A stretch of 64,000 bases of DNA, from NCBI GenBank assembly GCA_951406725.2, contig OX597826.1, forward strand, positions 3,286,001 through 3,350,000. The letters are read 5' to 3'. A program made the position numbers and the translations under genes. The notes beneath the pieces are model-generated. The model made no database searches, had not been told where the DNA came from, and worked only from the letters and a program-made list of their open reading frames with translations. This DNA is from Octopus vulgaris (Eukaryota). The number at the start of each line of letters is the position of its first letter. The stretch's first letter is position 1. Shown here piece by piece: positions 56,273-64,000 of this stretch.

Positions 56273-56495
56273 TGTGTGTGTGTGTGTGTGAGTGTGTCTC
56301 TGGTTGCTACGTGTTTACGTTTGGCCACACCAGGGTTTACGTCCAAGTAACCGACCAGTTTAGAAAAAGGGACGATGCAAATTGTAGCAGGATTTAAAAA
56401 TTAAATACTAGGGTTATTTCTTGGGACTAAATACGATTCAAAGTAGTGTACCAGTGTGGTGGCAGTCTAATGAGTGAAACAATTGACAGAGGAAA
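56075..56495 (+). mobile_element. SINE family A (old, diverged)
   Basis: AGACGGAAACTGAGAGAAGCCCGTC, then (TA)n(TG)n and a degenerate tail. Confidence 0.7.
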
Positions 56496-57355
56496 AGGTA
56501 CAAGAAGATAGAATGGAGGTGGAGAGAGAATCAATAATGTGATAGCAACAGGGTAATAGCTGGCTGCATCAGAGAGCTCTCGGTTCATTGAAATTTGACA
56601 CACTAACTCGTGCCTTCAAATATCACGCTACATTCCGTAGTTGTACATTTGGAGATGCAATGTTTAAGTGTAATGGCGAGTTCATTTAGAGAACGAGTGG
56701 GCTTGTCTTTTCCCAAGAGCTGGACGTATTCCAGCTTTGTCGTGTGTTTACGTACGTTGACGAAGCAATTGAGGTGAAAGTAAATTCGGAGATGATTGGT
56801 CAGAATACGACTTACGCACGTTATATAAACAGTCTAGTTAATAATTAAGCCAACATTTATAGGCCTATATCAATAATTATAGTGGACATTTAGTATACGT
56901 ATATAGAGACATTCTGTCGAGATAATTTTGCTTCCTATGAATGCATTCATCAACCATATATTTACATTCTCATCAAAGCTCCCTAATCTATGATTGGACA
57001 AGGCTGTGAATAAACATGTCTCTTAGACTGCATCCCCTCCCAAAGAAGCGTCCTCGATTAATTTCTACGAAGATGTTCAGCAAAACATTCCAAGCAGTGT
57101 TTGCACCCACACCGTAACATTTCTATCTGTAATACGGATGTAGATGTTTTCGTGCTATCTCTACTCAAACACCCGTGGCATTTTCAATTTTTTCCTGAAC
57201 AGTTCACATTGCGTAGGACCCTGTCATAAATAACGGCCACAGTTTTACCACAAACCAAGCTTTATTGTATTCTTTTCTTGTTAATGAATTTCCGACAGCT
57301 TTTCGTCCCAAGCTGCTTGCCAATCACCGATCTTACAGGGAACAGCAACAACAGT

Positions 57356-57712
57356 GGAGGAGCAATGGCTAAGGCAGCGGCTCGTGGTCGGAGGATCGCG
57401 GTTTCGATTCCCAGACCGGGCGTTGTGTGTGTTTATTGAGTGAAAACACCTAAAGCTCCACGAGGCTCCGGTAGGGGGTGGTGGCGACACCTGTTGTACT
57501 CTTTCGCTCCAACTTTCTCTCACTCTTTCTTCCTGTTTCTTGTCCCCGATTTCCTACGCAACCGCTGAGTCTGGATGCGCATTCATCCATCCGTCGATGC
57601 TTTCGGTGTCGCGGGTTGACCTGCTTTCTCTTCTGCGGGTCGTACGAATAGCAAAGGACCACGTTTCGGACTTCTCCCATCTTGCTTGCTCCAGGACGAA
57701 GACCGTTCGTTC
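57356..57712 (+). mobile_element. SINE family B, tail type 4
   Basis: Family B head and core, unique 3' half; AACAGCAACA repeats on both flanks (TSD-like). Confidence 0.85.
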
Positions 57713-58229
57713 AACAGCAACAGCAGCAACAGCAACAACAGCAATAACAAAAAAGCAAGTGAATAATAACAAAGGCAGCAGCAGCAGCAGCTTGCTTTTG
57801 CCTGATTCAATTAAAACCAATGTGTTTAAAGTGTGTATAATAAAACGAACGTGTAAACTATATCTGAACAAATAATAATTGCACAAAAATATTCATCTTA
57901 TTAACTGTTCTATATTTCATATTGATTTTCAGCAATACATATTTATTTACAGCATTTCTGTTCTGTGTTATTATAACGATTCCATGTGGGCGTAAGCAGC
58001 TATCTGTGAAACATAAACACTGTTTGATAAGTTGTTTAGTTGCTGTATGAAGTTCTACAGATTTCAAGTGTTGAGTTCAAAGAATATATAAGTATTTCAC
58101 AATTGCCAGCAGATTTGCCAAAGGAAAGGAAAAAAATATTAAAACAACGCATATTTTCTTCTATGATTTTAATAATATTCAATTATTAACACTCAAATTT
58201 CATATGATTTCCTACGCAGCAGAGGAGCG

Positions 58230-58435
58230 TGCAAAACGTTGTCTCACACCGCAAAGACAAATGTCTATGAATGAAAGCTTATAAGAGTAAAAGGATCCGT
58301 AATAACACTTCATTAATAAATCATGCGAAAGCACGTAAACACTACGACATGGAAATTGTGGCAATGTATAACATAACTTGATATTCTAAGTTAATTCAAT
58401 TGGGTTGAACATTTTTGTTTACTCTGAAACCAGTG
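58230..58435 (+). pseudogene. Probable decayed piggyBac transposase fragment
   Basis: Frameshifted TPQRQMSMNESL..VKG, HYDM.KLW and LNIFVYSE resemble piggyBac P...LSIDES...FKGR, YGIK.W and F.VY.G. Confidence 0.4.
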
Positions 58436-58819
58436 AGACAGATGTAGATGTAGTTTCTCCTACGGGTAAATACTCACGACCGCACGAAATGAATGTCAAT
58501 GCTCCAATATTTTCTGCCAGATGAAGTATTAGCTGCTTTAGTTAACGAGGTTATTCTGGAAGGATGGCACAGAAAGTAACGCGGAAAGAGCAATGGGACG
58601 AGTAAGCTGGGTACAGATGGCCAAAATTCAGCCTTTGCAAATTTTCAAGCACCACTGTTTTAGTGTTTGGTACAGCATGCAGAGGAAACAACATCCAGCA
58701 AAACACTTAATGGCAATCAAAGTAAAAATATTTATTTCCGTTTTGCTATAAATAATATATATCTTGGCACATCTACACAACGAAAGATGGTTGCAATCTT
58801 TATTCCTTTATTCGCTGAT

Positions 58820-59032
58820 TCTTTTAACTGTTTCAGTCAAATTAGTCGAATGAATCGGCCCCAGTACTTTTTTCTAATTTTTAATCCAAGTACTTATACT
58901 ATCGGTCTCAGTTGCCGAACCGCAAAGTCATGGTGACGTAGGCCGACAACCCCAGTAGTCAACCAGTGGTGGGAGACAAGCATAGACATACACATACAGA
59001 TGCACATACCACACACACGCACAAACACACAG

Positions 59033-59075
<43 letters not shown>

Positions 59076-59221
59076 CGGATAGCTTCTTTCAGTTTCCCTC
59101 TACCAAATCCACTCACAAGGCAATGGTCGGCCCAAGGCTGGCCCCAGGTGCTACGCAGTAACACTGAACCCGGATCCACGTGGTTAGGAATTAATTTTCT
59201 TACCTCACAGCCACTCCTGCG
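58820..59221 (-). mobile_element. SINE family A (diverged)
   Basis: CTTTCAGTTTCCCTCTACCAAATCCACTCACAAGGC...CACAGCCACTCCTGCG. Confidence 0.8.
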
Positions 59222-59849
59222 TAAGTTAGTGTAGAGCCACTGTTTCGTGGTTTTGCCAATTATATTTCGCTGTTCGCATTCTACTTTCCAGACACACCTT
59301 ATTAGAATTTACGGATAATTGCACAGAATCATTCCTGTGAGCACAGACCATGAATTACATTCGTCTAAATTTAATGCATCCATACTCAGAAAATGTATTA
59401 CATCAAGTTCGACGGAAAAAGTTTATTATTTTGAGAGGTAAGTAGTCGATAATTCAACACACGATTTAATTCACAGGTGCATCCCTCACATTTACTTACA
59501 ACATTTTTGAATACAAGAAAGTCATGAACCTAAATTATCACAATGCTGCTCCTAGGTTATACAGAGACACTTATGGTCTCGATAATGACAGTGATACATT
59601 TAAGCTGAAAACACAATAGAAAATGCGAAACAAGGGCAAATGGATGGGACATAGAATTATTCATTCATTCGTTTACTGCTTTAACACAATGGATTCCGGT
59701 TATGTTCAACTGTGGCCTTAAAGAGTTTTAGTCGGTCATATGGATCTTAATAATCATTGCAGCTTTTCATTTCTGGTTAAAAAAAAAAAAAGCTCTGACG
59801 AAAGTAGCATCAGTTTTGTTTTTTTTTTTTCTTTTGGTATTTCAACATG

Positions 59850-61240
59850 CCAAAAGAAAAGCAATACAATATTGAAACAAGACGTAAACACTTTACGACT
59901 TTTCTTGAAATTCCATCAAGATAAATATATTAAAATGCGGACTTGAACAAAACATCTCCTACTTGGAAGCGATCACTTCTTTTGCTTGTTAATATAAGGT
60001 TTGGTTTTCGATTTTCTGTTTGATGTCGTAGTTGATCACATCGTATTCAGGTTTCCCGATTAAAGACGATGGTGTTTTATGTCTCTTCCCACGGTGTCGG
60101 AAAGTTGAAAAATAGTTAGTAAGTCTGGATTTCAATTTGCCTTCCACTGATCGGATATATCGCTTGATTTCTTTGTCTTAATTCGGTGATACATGTACTT
60201 CATAAACAATTGAGGTTATGTCATATTTTTGCCCTAGAGGACACTTCAATTGATCTCTACATGTGAAACAAGGGCATGCTTGAGATGTCGACTCAGGCTC
60301 GCGTCGACAAAGGGACTTTTTCCTGGGACAATTGAAATTGCATTGTACTTTCTCATGAGTTATATGCTACTTAGCTTTACAAAAGTGTCTCTTTCTGTTA
60401 TAGTTTAAATTGATAATGGTCCACGAGGTCAATTTTCTTTTAGCTTTCGAATTATTTTACGAAAACACGAGGGATCCTTATCAAACTGTCCTATTGACTG
60501 TTACTAAAGTAAGTGGAAAACGTCACTTCAGCAATAAACATACAACGAAACATTAGAATACAATTTCAGGAAAAGACCCCTTTCTCTCTTTTGTGTATGT
60601 TTATGTGAGTGCCTAAGAATAATAAATCATTATAACTGGTTTCTGTCGTTAATTTGGCAGATGAGTGAAGGTTGATCACAGTAATATTAAGTATTTGTCA
60701 ATCATCATTTGATTTCTCCCAAGAAATAAGCAGTCATCGAGGAAATGTATCCCCTTCTCAATGATATGTTTCTTGAAATTTTGGACAAAACTTTTCTCCA
60801 CTCCCTTGTATAATTTTTCTTATAATTGTACAGGTGACGTCCTCATAGATGTGTCTCTTATTTGTATATGCTTTACCATTGAACATTAAAGGTGTTCTCC
60901 AATAGTACTGGCGTTCTTGGTAATTAAATCCAATTTGAAACGTTTGTTTCTACGCAGTGTTTGATTGCTTTCAGGCCTAAAGTGCAAGATATATACGTAT
61001 AAAGGTTACTGAAATATGTTAAGTGCAAGGTGTATTAGTATAAAGCATACTAACATCAAAACATCTCCGCCGTCCCAAAAGGATGTATTTGAGATAATTT
61101 ATGTTAACTCGTCCATAGCTGGACATTAATGGGCATTAGAGTTTAAGAGCTATATCTAAAAGGTGGCAGTCGTAAGCCGTATTCTAAAAATTCAGCTTGT
61201 TGGAGCATCCTAAGAGGTACTAGGTCAAGAGCACAACTCT
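59850..61240 (-). pseudogene. Decayed Penelope-like element reverse transcriptase
   Basis: Ordered minus-strand motifs: RL.HLLDIALK, FDVSMLYTNTP (61034-61060), LGLKAIKH, QIRDTSMRT (about QIRGTAMGT, 60838-60864), FLDDC (60730-60744), NLHSSAKLTTETS..LLFL; many stops and frameshifts. Confidence 0.8.
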
Positions 61241-61393
61241 CAGTTAAACACATCTGAAATTTGATGATTAACCTATGTGTGAAAGGGCTAATTTAACTTT
61301 ATGAGCATTACAAAATAGTTTTTAATGTTAAGGTACCATAATAAAAATGTTAAACAACGTTTTAACTGTATTCAACTGATGTATGTACATATG

Positions 61394-61435
<42 letters not shown>

Positions 61436-61505
61436 TATGTATATATATGAATATATATGAATATATATGCATACACATATATACATATATGTATGTATAT
61501 ATATC

Positions 61506-61558
<53 letters not shown>

Positions 61559-61838
61559 AGATATATGCGTTTATATAGTGCTCCAGCATAGTCGCAGTGA
61601 AATAAATAGAAGAGGAAAAAGAATAAAAGTATGTCCGTGTGTGTATGCTTGTATGTCTGCATGCATGTACATATGTGTAGAGTGTTTAAAGTGGTGTACA
61701 GATATTGTATATTGAGAAAAAAGGAGGCAGTCAAAATTTTGATATTGTTTTGACGAGTTCGGTAAACGGAGGAAATGTTGACTGCCTCTGTTTTTCTCAA
61801 TATATTCATATATATATATGTGTGTGTGTGTTTGTGTG

Positions 61839-61933
<95 letters not shown>

Positions 61934-62490
61934 GTATATTTACCCCCACACACAAAACATAGATATATATAAAACATAAGTTATATCCGCTATATGTGAA
62001 GCATGAGAAGCCGAGGAACAATCCCTTAACTGAGAATTAATCGCGAAAAATGTTGGCTTTCACAGTGCCGCGTTGAAAGGCGACAATTTAAAAGATCTAG
62101 ATTACATTTGCAATTTTTAATATTTGATTTGTTATTGCCGTTTCCAAATTCAATTAGCATTTGCGAATGAATTAATTGGTGTCATTCACACTAGCAGATG
62201 GTGTTATAAGAATAATTTTTATGAATCAATGTTTCTATTTTATCTCAAAATATTCCATTTGACATTTTCGTAAATGCGAGTCATAATTACAAATTTTTGA
62301 TATCTTTAAGATGAACTACGGCAACTCAGTTCATTACGAGAGATGCCATTTCAAGATGCTGAGTTAGCAATATATTCAGGGTTTACACACAGAGACACAG
62401 GCGCAGATACACACACACACGCAAATAAATGAGTGTGTTGATGTGAGCGAGATATATTTGTATCTATACATATCTATCTATCTATCCATA

Positions 62491-62550
<60 letters not shown>

Positions 62551-62590
62551 TATGTGTGTATGTATGTATGTATATATATATAGACATATG

Positions 62591-62662
<72 letters not shown>

Positions 62663-62874
62663 AACGTATATATTCATGTATTTATATAAATGTATGTATG
62701 TAGGGTTGTGTGTGTATGTATTCATATATTTATATACATTAATATACACATTCATATACATGGACACATATAAAAATATTTATACGATGCACTCTAATGC
62801 ACACACATACACACACACACACACACATATGTATATATATATACTCTCTCTCTCTCTCTCGCGCGCACACACAC

Positions 62875-62917
<43 letters not shown>

Positions 62918-63223
62918 AGCATACACGTACATACACACACGCACGCAGGCCCACACCCGCACATATTCACACCCGCACGTGTGAATATTTGTGTGTTATT
63001 GTACGTGCGCGCTTGTGTTTGTGCGGGTATGTGTGCCTGCTTCTGTGTGCGTGTGTCTGTATCCACATACATACATACATACATACATACACACATACAT
63101 ACATACATACATATTAATAATATAAGGGCAAACAATTATTAATTTTGAAGAATCAACAATTATTTACGGGTAGAAATCTGTATGTAAATATAACCATCAT
63201 CGGTAGGAACTTTAAAAAAAAGT

Positions 63224-63295
<72 letters not shown>

Positions 63296-63331
63296 AATAA
63301 AAATAAGAAAATCCTGTTGCTCGTCCCTTTT

Positions 63332-63407
<76 letters not shown>

Positions 63408-63408
63408 A

Positions 63409-63449
<41 letters not shown>

Positions 63450-63476
63450 TATATGTTGGTGTGTGAGTGTGTGTGT

Positions 63477-63513
<37 letters not shown>

Positions 63514-64000
63514 CGTTAGCGAATGCATGGATGTCTCCGTTGAAGAAATAGACTGATTTTCCATCGAACTTAGTTAATAATAGATACCGATAATTACCTC
63601 CTCATAAACACATATCTACACCAAAAGAGAGTTTGGGAAACTCGTTTTTTTTTACGTCATATTGTTAAGTCCTCAGAAAATTGAATCGTCTGCTGCGGTC
63701 AATCTTTATTATTCGATTTCATTGACTCGTTTAACAAAAGAAATTATTGTTTAAGCCATTTGAAAGCTACTCTTTTCTGCATTAAAAAAATTCTTCCGTG
63801 TTACCCTGTGTTAATGCTTATAATAAATTCTAACCGGTATTAACAAATGATTTAGCATAGGACACCTTTACACTGTGACTGACACTAAGTTTTACAGTTT
63901 CGTAGTATATTAACGGGAATCTGAATGAACATAGAAGAAAAACTTCCTCATCAAGTATTAAGCTGTTAGATAAATTCCTTGGGTTTTCCATTTGATCGTC

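Noticed and set aside
56600-57330. Possible Tc1/mariner transposase remnant on the minus strand (SSPNL, similar to SPDL)
   Set aside because: One weak motif, no TIRs, no DDE/D triad identifiable.

Overview
AT-rich, microsatellite-saturated eukaryotic non-coding DNA. The SINE families and repeat composition look like an octopus (coleoid cephalopod) genome; this is recognition, not a database result. No intact host protein-coding gene is supportable, and nearly all listed ORFs are translations of (TA)n, (CA)n, (AAT)n or (TAC)n tracts. The window is a mosaic of about 30 tRNA-derived SINE copies in three families, decayed LINEs (R4/Dong, CR1-group, possible RTE heads), a decayed Penelope-like RT, a non-autonomous Helitron, a TA-flanked MITE and a probable piggyBac remnant. 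The most interesting signal is a set of non-coding insertions carrying type I hammerhead-ribozyme folds with palindromic helix III. They share one architecture: an inverted copy fused to direct copies, in two cases flanked by a target duplication. Two of them are about 360-nt tandem-unit, retrozyme-like elements (15.47-16.1 kb and 22.89-24.05 kb). Their catalytic cores are non-canonical: a compensatory U3:A8 pair in two families and U4C in two others. Coordinates were read by eye, and the ends of degenerate elements are approximate.
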